Source of the DNA: the human T2T-CHM13v2.0 reference genome, Homo sapiens
Assembly (NCBI RefSeq): GCF_009914755.1
Contig: NC_060928.1
DNA length: 64,000 nucleotides
Direction: 5' to 3' (one strand)
Each line of letters starts with the position of its first letter. Positions within the stretch are counted from its first letter, which is position 1. The notes beneath the pieces were generated by a model. It saw nothing but the letters and a program-made list of their open reading frames with translations. It did not search any database and was not told the origin of the DNA. The position numbers and the translations under genes are program-made. Of this stretch, positions 17,849 through 33,580 are shown one piece after another.

Positions 17849-18310
17849 TAAAAGTTCATTATTTAATCATTTATTGTCCCATGAGTTTAGAGTAGAAGGA
17901 TTCTGCTTCATAACACCACTTAGAGACTCAAGATCTCTTCATTTCATTGTGCCACGGTTCAACTTATCAACAACCAGGTTTACCATGAGGGGAGAAAGAG
18001 AATGGAGAATTGCATGTGAGAGATTTTTATGGATCAGGCCTGGAAGTAGGATATATCACTGCTGCTCCAATCTGCTGGCCAAAATTCAGTCACAGAGCCA
18101 AACCTAATGGAAGGAGGCTGACAAGTCTAGTTTATCTGTTTGCCCAGGGGGAAAATAAAACAGGTGCAATGAACACACAACATTGCTTCTGGTTTAAAGT
18201 CAAACAATTGGCTCAATCTCAGTTCTACTACTTACAAGCTCTGCAGCTCTCTGTGGGTGTTTCTCCATTTGTTAAAGAGTGATACTTATACAACAAAATT
18301 TCTTTCTTAT

Positions 18311-18733
18311 TGCTAAGGTTTGAATGTTTGTCCCCTCTAAAACTCATGTTGAAAGAGTCTACAAAGGGGAAATATTGAGAGGTGGGACCTTTAAGAAATT
18401 CCTGGGTCATAAGACTCTGCCCTCATCAATGGATTTATCTATGCATGGATTCATGGCCTAATGTGTTATCACAGGAGGGGAACTGGTGGCTTTATAGGAA
18501 AAGAAAGAGAGACCTGAACTAGCATGTTAGCATTCTCAGCCCCCTCACCATGTCATGCCCTGTGCCACCTTGGGACTCTGCAGAGAGTCCCCACAACAAG
18601 AAGGCTCTCACAAGACGCAGCCCCATGACATTGGACTTATCAGCCTCCTAAATGTAAGAAATAAATTGATTTTCTTTATACATTCTCCAGTTTCATGTAT
18701 TCTGTTATATGCAACAGACAACAGACTAATACA
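18311..18733 (+). mobile_element. MSTD-like MaLR solo LTR
   Basis: TGCTAAGGTTTGAATGTTTGTCCCC...ACAGACTAATACA; TSD CTTAT/TTTAT. Confidence 0.85.
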
Positions 18734-19050
18734 TTTATGGATATTTCTCAACCCAGACAAACTATTAATCAGATATGGATAAAATTAAAATATTTTCAGA
18801 ATAGTAAAAGGGGGTACAGATCACTTTTCATTTTCTTCCTTGCAATTAAGAACGGATATCTGACTACCCGGCCAATGGAATAGGAGAAGTAAAGTCTGTC
18901 AGTTCTGAAGGGAAACAATGAAGACTCTCCTGCTCCTTAACCCCTCAGCAACTTTGACCTTAGGATCCACTTATTTTGTCAATAAAAGTTAGGGGTATGT
19001 CTATCATCTTGGGTCCCTAAATTTTATACATTAATATGGGGAATGGAGCC

Positions 19051-21460
<2,410 letters not shown>

Positions 21461-21559
21461 GCACTGTGCCAGCCCACACTGAACACACACCATGAACAAG
21501 AAACAGACAAGTGTTGAGTTAAGCAACTAAGATTTGGCAGTTAATTTGTTTACAAAGCC

Positions 21560-21772
21560 TGGTGGTTCCCAATTAACATTGCCATTACTCCCCAGGGAAC
21601 ATTCAGCAATGTCTGGAAACGGTTTTGGTTACCACAACTGAAGGGATGCTACTGGCATCCAGCAGGTAGAGGCTGGGAGGTGACACTAAATATCCTACAA
21701 TGCACAGGCCAGATGTCACAACAAAGAATTATCTGGCCCCAATGTCAATGGTGCTGAGTTTGAGAAACCATG
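21560..21772 (+). mobile_element. MER20 hAT-Charlie element
   Basis: GCAATGTCTGGAAAC...GCTACTGGCATCCAG...AAAGAATTATCTGGCCCCAATGTCAATGGTGCTGAGTTTGAGAAACC. Confidence 0.85.
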
Positions 21773-22199
21773 ATAGCCTACCCTGTCTAACAAACAATAT
21801 CTCAAAATGTTTTCTGCAGTCCTTTTGGAAAGCTGCTGAAGATGCTCTGCCACAAAGATGCTTTCTGTAAATCAGAAAGTGGGATTCAGAAACCAACAGA
21901 ATCCTCTCAGAAGAGAGGGAGTTCTCAGGTGAAAGCGAAGGGGCTTCCCCAGAGGCAGCAGGCCTACAGATCAACTGGCTGAGAGTAGAGAAAAGGACAA
22001 AGGATTGTGGGAATAAATCCCTCTGGAAAAGACATCATGATATGCTGCTTCATGTGTATGAGTATATTAATAGCAACATTTAAGATCTGTTCAAAAGATT
22101 TTGAATTAATGGTATAGATGGAGAAAACTTAGTATTAAAAACAAGGCAATTATCTACTCCAAGCAAAGTTGTACAAGAACGAAATGATACATGGTAACA

Positions 22200-22660
22200 T
22201 GCATAACACAATACATGGTAAAATCGTGAGTTATATTTAAATTTTATAATACTAAAACAAGTATATTGATATAACCAGAAGGTATAATAAACCTGTATTG
22301 ACAAGGTAGGGAGAAAGGAAGTGTATACATGACTGTGGCTATGTGTGGAGGGGTGGAGGGCAGAGGGAAGGTGTTAAACAGTTAAATCCTCCATTCTTTC
22401 CTAAGAAGTCAATGAATAACACTTAAAATGGAAAAAATCACGAAATAGTAATGTAAGCATATTACTTAGATATATGAGAGCGCATGCCAAAAGAAGCAGC
22501 TAAAAGCAAATTAAAACTGATTGCTTTTGTAGAGGTGGAAATTGAAAGGAAGGAGTAATTTTGTAAGGATACTTGTTTTTTATTATAAGCTTAACAGGAC
22601 CACTTAACTTTTTAAACCATGAACATATATTACTTTTGGCAAAAGCAAAATAGTTTTTAC
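22200..22660 (+). mobile_element. Old L1M 3' fragment
   Basis: 3' end TTTTTATTATAAGC...TTTTTAAACCATGAACATATATTACTTT resembles L1MC/ME 3' ends. Confidence 0.5.
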
Positions 22661-23224
22661 AAAAGTGAGGGTGAAATAAATCAATTTTCAGGAATTAAAA
22701 TGACATAGCCCATTGGAAAATCTTCCATAACGTGTAAATTTCAGTGTGAATGCTAGTCATGATAACCATTACAGTGGATGCTGAAAAATGTTAATAATTG
22801 ATGCCAGGCCTCAGCATGCGTGCTGTCACGTATTTGCTCCCCAGCTGGTCATCTGTAGCTATCAGCATGCAGGACCAAGTACCACCATTGCTACCCAATT
22901 CCTTATCAAGAAACAAGAAGACATGGTTCCTGCTAATCCTTCAACAAACCTTCCCTTACTGTCTACCATGTAAGAGGCATGAACACTACCCTCAGCACAG
23001 TGGTGGGGATGAATGTCCCTGACCACAAGATCTGACCCATGAGTTCAGATACTTCCTGGCCAAGATGTATTCCAAGTTTGGCCCACTTCCTAAACTCTCT
23101 TTTGTTGGGAGCCTGACATAATTTATATAGACAAAGTATTACCAGATTCCTCTCCTATCATCCCAAGCTTCCTGCCAAACTTCCACCTTTCCATCATCTG
23201 AATTAATGGGTTGTTTTGTTTATA

Positions 23225-23561
23225 GAGTTGTCCCTTGGTATCTATTAGAAACTGGTTCCAGGGCCCCCATGGATACCAAAATCTGTGGATGGTCAAGTCC
23301 CTGATATCCAATGGTGTAGTATTTTCATTTAACTTCTACATACCCTTTCATATACTTTAAATCATCTCTAGATTATGTGTAATACTTAATAGACTGTAAT
23401 GCCATATAAATAGTTGTCACACTGTGTTGTTTAGGGAATAATGAGAAGAAAAAACATCTGTACATGTTCAGTACCGAGCTATTTTTTTTTCCAAGTATTT
23501 TTGATTCCTGGTTGGTTCGAATCCCTGGGATGCACAACCAACAGATTTGGAGGGCTGGCTG
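23225..23561 (+). mobile_element. MER2 (TcMar-Tigger) element
   Basis: Degenerate TIRs GAGTTGTCCCTTGGTATC / GATTTGGAGGGCTGGCTG flanked by TA; internal ATATACTTTAAATCATCTCTAGATTA. Confidence 0.85.
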
Positions 23562-23689
23562 TATTTTATTTGGTACTTACTATATTCTGCATATTATAGT
23601 TAGCTCTGTATATTATCATTGGTATCTTTCACTCTCTTCTTTAAGATTGGAAATATGTTTAGTTCATGTTGCAACACAACATAACAGAT

Positions 23690-23935
23690 AAGAACATGGG
23701 CACTGAAAACAGTATATGTGAGTTTGAATCCAAGCTTTGTTACTTTCTAGCCCAATGTAACCTTGGGAAAGTTACTAACTTCTCTGTGCCTCACTTCCTT
23801 TTTCTATTATGAGGTGGAGATAATGAGAGTATTTAACCTTATGCACTTAATAAAATGATCAAAAGAGTTAACAAATGTAATGCTAAAAAGTGTTTCTGAC
23901 ACATAGTAAAGCTATATAACTTATCAATGAATATT
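23690..23935 (+). mobile_element. MIR
   Basis: GTTTGAATCCAAGCTTTG...ACCTTGGGAAAGTTACTAACTTCTCTGTGCCTCA. Confidence 0.8.
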
Positions 23936-24711
23936 AATATCATGGCACATAACAACACTATATGATTGTTACCTCTAGTTGGTTTTAACATTATTATTAG
24001 TTCTTAAGTAGGATCAAGCACATACCAGACACTGAAAAAAAATCATATTCATGAATATGATTCAATTGCACAAAACATTCACAGAGACCTGAATTAACTT
24101 CTGCCCGCCTCCACTCCTGCCATATGAACCATGGAAAAGTGCAGTTCAAGAAATGCAACTGAGACACTCCCAAAGGAAAGACAGCTCAATCTCTATCCCA
24201 GGGTTTCTCAGCATAGCATTGGACAGATTCACCTCTGGGACTTTCTAAAAAGATTCACCCCAAAGAATCTACATGACACACTGTGGGGCAGCCCACCTCT
24301 CAAAATTTCAAACAAAGCAAGATGCGTAGGCTTCAGGGATTTCAGCCTTGAATTCATCTCCCCAGGCCCCACTTCTTCCACCCACCCACACTTAGCCTAA
24401 CTTCTGTCGACTTAACAACTTAAATGTCTCTTCCTTAGAGGACTCAGGAGGTTAATTATGCAGACTTTCTCCCAACATCCATTTTTTTTAATTTTCATTA
24501 CATTCATCCACTTCTTATGTGTTTGATGACTGTTGCATATCAGCTTTCCAAGGATGGGAACGGATCTGCCTTCTCTCCACTGCACATGAAGCATCTGATT
24601 CAGCCCAGGTGGATTATTACAGAGTTTACTAAAAGACACATTTCCTTCAAATGAAGAAATTACAGTCAATTTAATAAAGGAGGCGATTTTCAGGCCAGGC
24701 TAATAAACTTT

Positions 24712-25002
24712 TTACTTTGATTGTGAGACATGATCTCACTCTGTTACCCAGGTGAGTGCAGGGGCATGATCATGGTGCACTGCAGGCTTAACCTCCTGGG
24801 CTCCAGCAATCCTCCTACCTCAGCCTCCAAAGTAGCTGGGACCACAGGCATGCACCACCACTCGTGGCTAATTTTTTATTTTTTAAAGAGACAGGGTCTC
24901 ACTATGTTGCCTAAGCTGGTCTTGAACTGCTGGACGCAAACCATCCTCCCACCCCAGCCTCCCAAAGTGCTGCGATTACAGGTGTGAGCCATTGCAACCA
25001 AT
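24712..25002 (-). mobile_element. AluJ
   Basis: Diverged dimer with J diagnostics (CTCACTATGTTGCC, GCAATCCTCC); TSD-like TAAACTTTT on both sides. Confidence 0.9.
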
Positions 25003-25249
25003 TGTAAACTTTTAAATTTCATAATTTTTTCTAGAATAGTATGAGACTGAATAATATTTTATTTGCATATAATTAAAATGTGCTGGAGCTTTAGTTTTCA
25101 ATTCAGTTTGAATTATGTCATTAATAATGGATTGAGATTATTGAAACTTAAATATTTCCCCAACATACTTCAAAATATCCTAGAAAGCCTATTGGCAAAT
25201 ATTTTTCTTATTTCTTAAGTAAACAGTGGATTTTAAAAATGTCAAATTG

Positions 25250-25670
25250 TTTGACTTCTTTTGATTCCACATATGAGATCACGTAGTATTTGTATTTCTG
25301 TGTCTGCTTATTTCACTTAGCATAATGTCCTCTAGGTTTATAGAACAGAGAATAGATTAGTAGTATCCAGAAGCTGGGAGGTGGAAAGTGGGCTGGGAAG
25401 TTGGGAGTGGAAGGGGGTTTCAGTCAAAGAGTGTAATGTTTCAGTTATAAAATGAGTATATTCTGGAAATCTAATCTACAGCATGTTGATGATAGTTAAT
25501 AATAATGTATTGTATACTTGAAACTTGCTAGAAAGTAAATCTTCTTACTGGATATAAAAGATAACTGTGAGATGATGGATATATTCATTAGATTGATAAT
25601 GGTAATCATTTAGTGAAATATTCAGATATCAAAACACATTGTACTCCTTAAATACAGGCAATTTCAAAAA
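25250..25670 (+). mobile_element. L1MA-type 3' fragment with 5' inversion
   Basis: 25250-25340 is antisense (TTATTTCACTTAGCATAATGTCCTCTAGGTT), then a sense 3'UTR follows from ATAGAACAGAGAATAG. Confidence 0.75.
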
Positions 25671-25971
25671 ATGCAAAAGTGCTCAAAGAACAATGGAAGC
25701 AGTCTTCATTATCTATGTTTCTAAAATGAAGATCACAAATTCAGTCATGTCTATACAAGATCATATTTAAAGAAAAATAATTGTGTTGATTATATATATC
25801 TATATTCTCTGATAGCTTATGATGGTCAAACAACTAGGTGAAAATTAAAAAGTCTGGTCAACTATCACTTAGAAGGATGTTTGTTTCTAATAGTGCCAAA
25901 TATTGGGATGTTTCAAGACCGCTTAAAGCTTGACATTCAAAAGAAACAAGACCATGACTTTCCTCACCCCC

Positions 25972-26130
25972 AACACACACCACCCCCACACACACAGACA
26001 CACACACACACATAGACACACAGATTCACACACAGACACACACCACACACACACACAGACACACAGATACACACACACAGACACACACACCACACACACA
26101 CACACACACACAGACACATGCACACACCCA
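25972..26130. repeat. Compound (CA)n/CAGA microsatellite
   Basis: About 160 bp of interrupted CA repeat. Confidence 0.95.
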
Positions 26131-26874
26131 CCCCAAAGCCTTTTAACTGAATAACATATTCATTCAGGTGCTTTGGTGTCACCAAAGACACAGAACTTTT
26201 TTTTCTAAACAAGTACATCATATGCAGTTGTCTACTCTATCATCCTTATATTTTAAGATTTTTTTTCAAAAATGACAACTTGATAGCTTGCATGCTCTCA
26301 AAAGAAGAGAACTGTCTTTTCACGGAGTGAACTGAGCACAAATGAAGTATTTGACAAGAAATTGTGGTTTAATTATTACGCTTGCCTACCTGTGGGTACA
26401 AGGTAGGTGTGGATTTTATTATATGATCTCTTTTGGCTGATGGGAAAGAAGAAACCAGCCAGAGTACTTTAGTTACAACTAAGGTGCAAGCACAAAATGA
26501 AAAGGGAAGTGGGGACAGAACACAAAAACCTCTTTCATGTGGAAACTGGTCATGTTCACAAGGTACACAAGGTACCCTGGGGAGAAAGTGAAAAACAACA
26601 CAATTATATGCTGAAACAGTAAGAATTACAGGTTAATTTCATCATCCACAAAATGTGCACAATAATATTCATTATGCAAGAAATATAAAAGAGATTAAGG
26701 ATAGGGAAAATTCATTGTAATTTAATATAATCATATCATTTTATGATTACAGTGGATATATTTACTACAGAAAATTTGTAAGATACATAAAAATATAATA
26801 AATAAAAATCATGAAATGTCACCTGGCAAATGATACTTAATGCACATTTTAATGCATTTATGTTCATATATATA

Positions 26875-27140
26875 TTCATTCACTCAACAAATATTTATTG
26901 TGTGCCTACTATATTTCAAGGGGACATGCAAATGAGCAAAAAAAAAAAAAAAAAGAACTCAGAAAGATAAAACTCCTTCCTCATAGAAAACACATTTTAT
27001 CGGAAATAGGGATGGTACAGGGTAGTGAGCAGGGGATAGAAAAAAACAAGTGGTAAAAAATAAGCATAATACATATGTGTATCATGCAGTATATTAGGTG
27101 ATATTATAAATGATGAGTCCTATGGGGGAAGAAAAGCCAC
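26875..27140 (-). mobile_element. L2 3' fragment containing a poly(A) run
   Basis: TTCATTCACTCAACAAATATTTATTGTGTGCCTACTAT. Confidence 0.75.
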
Positions 27141-27828
27141 ATAGTGAAATCTGCTGTGACCAATTTACCTACAGCCAAGGCACAAAGGAGAGTATCAGTT
27201 TCTGTAAGAATTGTTCACAGAAGATCCTTCAAGTCCAAACTAAGAAAAAAACATTATTTACATTTATTGCCAGGCCCATCCCAAACATTCGTGGACCTCA
27301 GGTAAAAGTAACATGGAGACTTTATATACTCTATGTCTAAATTCAAAAAGTATAAATCGAGCTGAAAAAATTATAATGGAATATGTCCTATCTCCCCCCT
27401 TTGACAAATACAAAACCTGGAAGGCTAGGTGTGACTTTGGAATTCATGAACTCTTTGAAATTCTGTCTCAAAACAGAGTAGAGACAGGCAAGCAGGCCAG
27501 GCCTTGATTTACTACTTGTCCTCTTCTCACTCCACCCCATTCTCTCTTGTATTGTGAGGGACTTCAGAAGCAAGCATGTGGACACCCAAGCCCTCCTGTA
27601 CATGCTTTACCATACTTCCACCCCCGCTTCTGCAAACAGCCACCCTGTGGCCATGGCTCAGGCCTCCATGCGCTCACACAGTTATCCCACCCATCCTGAG
27701 AGAAGAGGCCCAGGTAGACTCTGGAACATCAGAATCACCTGACACATATCCCTTGGGGCTAAAGCCTCATAAAAATCACCAAAGGAGTCTGAGGGAGAGG
27801 TCACGAAAGATCTGCATTAGGGAAAATC

Positions 27829-30800
27829 TGTGAGGGATTGCAAATACAAATGAAGCATTTTTTTCCCCTTAAACAACACTTCTGATCTTAAATGTATGGG
27901 GAGTTGATATGGTTTGTCTGTGTTCCCATACAAATCTCATCTGACTTATAACTCCCACAATTCCCACGTGGGAAGGTGGTTGAATTACGGGGGCAGGTAT
28001 TTTCTGTGCTGTTCTTGTGATAGTGATAATGAATCTCATAAGATCTGATGGTTTTAAAAATGTTTTCCTGCAGAAGTTCTCTCTTTGCTGTCATCCACGT
28101 AAGACGTGACTTTGCTCCTCCTTGCCTTCCTCTATAATTGTGAGGTCTCCCCAGCAATGTGGAACTATAAATCCATTATCTCTTTTTCTTCCCAGTCTCA
28201 GGTATGTCTTTGTTAGCAGCATGAAAATGAACTAATGCAGTAAATTGGTACCAGTAGAGTAGGGCACTGCTGAAAAGTTACCTGAAAATATGGAAGTCAC
28301 TTTGGAACTGGGTAACAGGCAGAGGTTGGAAGAGTTTGGAGGGCTCAGAAGTAGATAGGAAAATGTGGGAAAGTTTGGAACTTCCTAGAGACTTGTTGAA
28401 TGACTTTGACAAAAATGCTGATAATGATATGAGCAATAAAGTCTAGGCTGAGGTGGTTTCTGATGGAGATGAGGAACTTGTTGGGAAATGGAGGAAAGGT
28501 GACTCTTGTTATGGTTTAGCAAGGAGTCTGGTGGCATGTTGTCCCTGACCTAAAGATTTGTGAAACTTTGAACTTGAGATAGATGATTTAGGGTAACTGG
28601 TGGAAGAAATTTCTAAGCAGCAAAGCATTCAAGAGGTGACTTGGGTGATGTTAAAGGCATTCAGTTTTATAAGGGAAGCAGAGCATAAAAGTTCAAAAAT
28701 TTGCAGCCTGACAATGCAATAGAGAAGAAAATCCCATTTTCTGCGGAGAAATTCAAGCTGGCTACAGAAATTTGCAAAAGTAATAAGGAGCTGATTGTTA
28801 ATCCCCAAGACAATGGGGAAAATGTCTCCCGGGCATGTCAGAGGTCTTCAGGGCAGCCGCTCCCAGCACAGATCAGAGCCCTAGGAGGGAAAAACGGTTT
28901 TGTGGGCCGAGCCCAGGGTCCCCGAGCTGTGTGCAGTCTAGGGACTTGGTGCCCTGTGTCCCAGCCACTCCAGCCATGACTAAAAGGGGCCAAGGTACAG
29001 CTTGGGTCGTGGCTTCAGAGGGTGCAAACTCCCAACCTTGGCAGCTTCCACATGGTGTTGAGCCTGCAGGTATACACAAGTCAAGAATTGAGGTTTGGGA
29101 ACTTCCACCTAGATTTCAGAGGATGTATGGAACCGCCTGGATGTTCAGGCAGAACTCTGATGCAGGGGCGGGGCTCTCATGGAGAAACTCTGCTAGGGCA
29201 GTGTGGAAGGGAAATGTGGGGTCTGAGACCCCACACAGTATCCCTACTGGGGCACTGCCTAGTAGAGCTGGGAGAAGAGGGCCAATGTCCTCCAGACCTA
29301 ATAATGGTAGATCAACCTACAGCATGCACGGTGTGCCTGGAAAAACTGCCGACTCTCAATGCCAGCCCATGAAAACAGCAGGGAGAGAGGCTGTACCCTG
29401 CAAAGCCACAGGGGCAGAGCTGCCCAAGACCATGGGAACCCACCTCTTGCGTCAGCGTGACCCAGATGCGAGACATGGAGTCAAAGGAGATAATTTTGGA
29501 GCTTTAAGATTTGACTGCCCTGCTGGATCTCAGACTTGCATGGACTTAGTAGCCCCTTTGTTTTGGCAAATTTCTCCCATTTGGAACACCTGCATTTACC
29601 CATTGCTTGTACCCCCATTGTATCTAGGAGGTAATTAACTTGCTTTTGATTTTATAGGCTCATAGGCGGAAGGGACTTGCCTTGTCTCAGATGAGACATT
29701 GGACTCTGGACTTTTGAGTTAATGCTGAAATGATTTAGAACTTTGAGGGACTGTTGGGAAGGCATGACCGGTTTTGAAATTTGAGGACATGAGATTTGGG
29801 AAGGGCTGGGGTGGAATGATATGGTTTGGCTGTGCCACCACTCAAATCTCATCTTTAATTGTAGCTCCCACAATTCCTACATGTCATGGGAGGAACCCGG
29901 TGGGAGGTGACTGAATTATGAGGGCAGGTCTTTCCTGCACTGTTCTTGTGATAGTGAATGAGTCTCACAAGATCTGATGGTTTTAAAGTGGGAGTTTTCC
30001 TCCACAAACTCTCTCTTTGCCTGCTGCCATCCGTGTAAAATGTGACTTGCCCCTTTTTGCCTTCCATCATGATTGTGAGGCCTCCCCAGTCATGTGGAAC
30101 TGTAAGTCCATTAACCCTCTTTTTCTTCCTGGTCTTGGGTATGTCTTTATCGGCAGCATGAAAACGAACTAATACAGTGGTTTTCCATACCAAGCAATTC
30201 AATTCTTCAAGACCAACTGGGTGTCCAAGCATCCAACTCTCATACTAACTACCCAGTGTTTGCAAAGACCCCACAGTTTTAAGTTTAGTCCCACAATGCT
30301 GCTTCCATTTCAGTTGCCAGCCACAAATGGGGTACCTAGACTACCCACTTTTCCACCCAGCTGACTATAAATTCAGGTGTTTCCATGACCAACCCCTTCC
30401 TCATGCGTTGGTAATTCCTTAGAATGACTTGAAGAACTCAGGAAATCACTTTACTTACTGTTATCAGTTTATTATGAAGAATACAACTCTTCTATTTCTA
30501 TGCCAAATGGAAGATATGCATAGGAGAAGGTATGAAGGGAGTGTGTGTACAGAGCTTCCATGCCCTCCCAGAACCTTAAAGTCTTAACTGATCTGGAAGT
30601 ACTCCAAACCCCATCATTTAGGGGGCTTTATGGAGGTTCCATTAGTAGCCATAATTGATTAAAATCACTGGCCATTGGTAATTGAACTCAATCTCCAGCC
30701 CTTCTCCTCAAGGGATTGTGGGGGTGAGGGGGGGATGAAAGTTCTAACCCTCTAAAAATGGCTGGGTCTTTCTGGTGACCACGCCCCATCTTGAATATCT

Positions 30801-30929
30801 AGGTTTCCCCAGTCACCAGTCATCTCATTAGCATACAAAAAATACTCAGCACTTTGGAGCTTCCAAAGGTTTTAGGAGTTACTGCTAAATAAATAATTTT
30901 TTTCTTTCTTTTTTTTTAACTATACCACA
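27829..30929 (-). mobile_element. MER21-like LTR split by THE1
   Basis: ACCAACTGGGTGTCC, GAACTCAGGAAATCACTTTACTTAC and CATCTCATTAGCATACAAAA motifs in the right part; short left part at 27829-27904. Confidence 0.75.
27905..30176 (+). mobile_element. Complete THE1 (B-like) provirus; LTRs 27905-28239 and 29817-30176
   Basis: Two TGATATGGTTTG...CA LTRs flank about 1.6 kb of THE1-int starting GTAAATTGGTACCAG. Confidence 0.95.
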
Positions 30930-31599
30930 GGAAACTCTCTAAAAAGAGCAGTATGAGTACTATGAGAAATGAGCCAATTCTAATCTTCCCTACATGCAGA
31001 AGGCACTGTCACAGATGGTGAGCACACAGCCACATAAGGCTATGACCCTTCTCTACTCATCCCCTCTTTGTGTGGTTGTACCTTGAGGAATCAGAAGCTC
31101 AGCTGCTGAGCACAAAACAAGATAATCAAAGATGGTGGAAGAAGTCAATTGGATGTCTCCTCCCTAATGGGGTTTCCAGATCTGAAGCAGTGTCAAGCTG
31201 ATAGAAGGTAAGTAGCCCTATATGTGTTATTAGATCAGAGTTTTGATCATTACACTGATGGCTGGACATTTTAATTACTCAAAGGAGACAGTTCTTAAAA
31301 CTAAGGAGGAGGAAAAGGCCATGGTACAAAGCTAAATTTTCATCCAGGGGCAGGGAAAGGAACAGCCCTTAGAGCAAATAGAACAAAACAATCGGGGAAA
31401 GAACAAAATGGCTTTGTTGGCATTTCACGTTCCCTACGTCAATAAAAATTTACATGACCATTAGGTAGTTGAACTTGTTTCTTTACTGGGATATTATACA
31501 TCACGACACGTGGGGGCCCAAGATTTATTTGTGCTCTATTGTTTCTAATAGTTGATCCATTAAGAAACTTGATTGTATAATGTTTTACTTATTTACAAA

Positions 31600-32530
31600 A
31601 TAAAAATTTGAGGAATAATTTTAGAACAACATAGTTTTGTTAGGTGTCTTCTTTACAAGTACAGACAAAATTCTCTCTGGGATGTATACTATCCTGAGAG
31701 CTTTCCTATAAGAGCATATCCTTTGTTATATATCTAATTTGCATAAAGAATATTCTTGGCACTGAGTTCCACATAATACTTCCCTTCAGTGGCATGGTCA
31801 TTAGAAAGTTTGAATTATAGTTCATGGCCTTGGGCCATGGCCCACTTCTTAGATTGATCATGAGTTGAGCAGATTCCAAGAGTTAACTGCAGGAACAATT
31901 CAAACCTTGGTGTCATTTGGTTCTGTCTCCTACGCTTTAGTTGATTGATCTTTCCACCTTCCCATTTAGAAAAGAGGTTTTTGAAAGAGGAAAACATGAG
32001 CAGTTATCACAGGATTTTTGAAGTTCATTTTGAATATCCCACCTTTAGTTCTTGGGGAACCTTGTCAGCTCTTTCTTATTTGCTGTTTTCAGCTACTTAA
32101 TCACTTTTTCCCTGATGAGTCACTCTTCAAAAATGGCAGCTCTCCATGATTGACTGGGACTGTTGGAAAATAGGCCACCTTGCTTTCAAGTATCTTTTAT
32201 AACATTTTTTTCAGGAATTTAGGCTTTGCTTGCAGAAAATTAAAATTCATTCTATTAAGTATGTCTTCTTCCTCTGACAGCTCATCAATTAGTGACTCTA
32301 AGTTCTTGGACAGGTTTAATCAACCCTTCCATGAAGAGGCAGTTTTTAGTTTGGAGTTGACCTCTGAAGCCCAGCTCCTTCTGTTTTTCTGTTTTTCCAC
32401 GTTCTACTTCTCTGTCTTCTGGGTTCCTGTTTGAGAACATCTCTATTTCCATATATTCTTCGGGAATTTTCATGAGATGATTATCCCTAATCACGTAATC
32501 AAATAGTGTCTTTCTCATCTCCCCCTGCAC
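31600..32530 (-). mobile_element. Very old LINE RT remnant (RTE-X/L4-like)
   Basis: Minus-strand peptide scraps FKNPVITAHVF, DQSKKWA and ATEGKLYVELSA occur in the order expected for RT domains 0-3; family assignment is inference. Confidence 0.4.
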
Positions 32531-33580
32531 TTCTCTTGTCCTCTACCTAAGGGAAGGTCCTTATAATTGGCTTCATTCTTTCTCTCTCTTTCTTATGCAT
32601 TTACAAATCTTCAAACTACATAATATTTGTCTTGCTCTAACCAAGTAAAATATAGGAAAAACGTTTGCTTGCTTAGAAAGAAAGACTTTAAGATTAGCAT
32701 AGATTCAAGTTAGGTCTCAAGTGGGATTAAAGTATATCTGGCCATCTTCAAGTGAACAAAATTATAAACTCCAGGGGGATAGAAATTTCATTTGTTTTGT
32801 TCATCAATAATTTATCTCCAGAATCTATTAGAGTATTTGGGGCATAGTATTCATCCAATAGTTATATGTAGAATAAATGACTGCAAGAATAAAAATTGGA
32901 AATATGGAAAGAAGCAAAGTAGCTAAGAAGGAAAGAAAATTCTATTTTTGGCTTAAAAAATATTTACATTTATGTCTGGTGGGAAATCAGGATAGAAAGG
33001 CAGCATTGAGCATGGTATTAGAACCAGATATTAATACCCAACCCAGCACCACGGACACATGTCCAAGGTGGATGAAGAGAGGAGCTCAGGTAGAGATAAA
33101 AAGCTGTTCTTCTGAGTAACTTTGTGGTACACAGAAAGATATGAGGCCAGGCAATAGACTGAGACTCTATCTCTAAAAAACATACATGATGTTTGGTTTT
33201 CTTTAATGCCAAGTTGGCAAAGTGGAGCAAAGAGATTTTCTCATTTCCAGAAGAGACATACATGTCTTCAGCACAGTGACTATCAGAAATACAATCTTGC
33301 ATTAGTTCCTGGAAAGTTTGTGACCTTGGAGAGAATGGAAAAACATACCCTTGACTTGTGCATCAGTTGGGTCAGGCTAGTGCCAGAGTCGAAGAGATAT
33401 GAGACTATTAGTATCTTATATGAAACACCTCTTGGGACTCCCAGGAAAAAAAACTGGGTTTGAATTTTTAAAAGACAAACTAGAATTCTTATTGTTTGTG
33501 GGAAAAAATAAGAGTCAGTAAAATTTGCCTTATTACATTAATGTAGCATTATTATTATCATTAATAAATTAATACAGTAG

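Larger units (their letters stand above)
14810..18190 (-). mobile_element. MLT1 (J/K-like) two-LTR MaLR provirus with nested insertions
   Basis: Homologous LTR segments TGCATGTGTGAGATTCTTATGGGTC (14974) and TGCATGTGAGAGATTTTTATGGATC (18011); MaLR-int 5' signature GGCAGCACTCTATTTCTGGTATCTATTTC at about 17442-17470. Confidence 0.7.

Noticed and set aside
25923-26221. VC-rich and HT-rich ORFs
   Set aside because: Translations of the CA microsatellite
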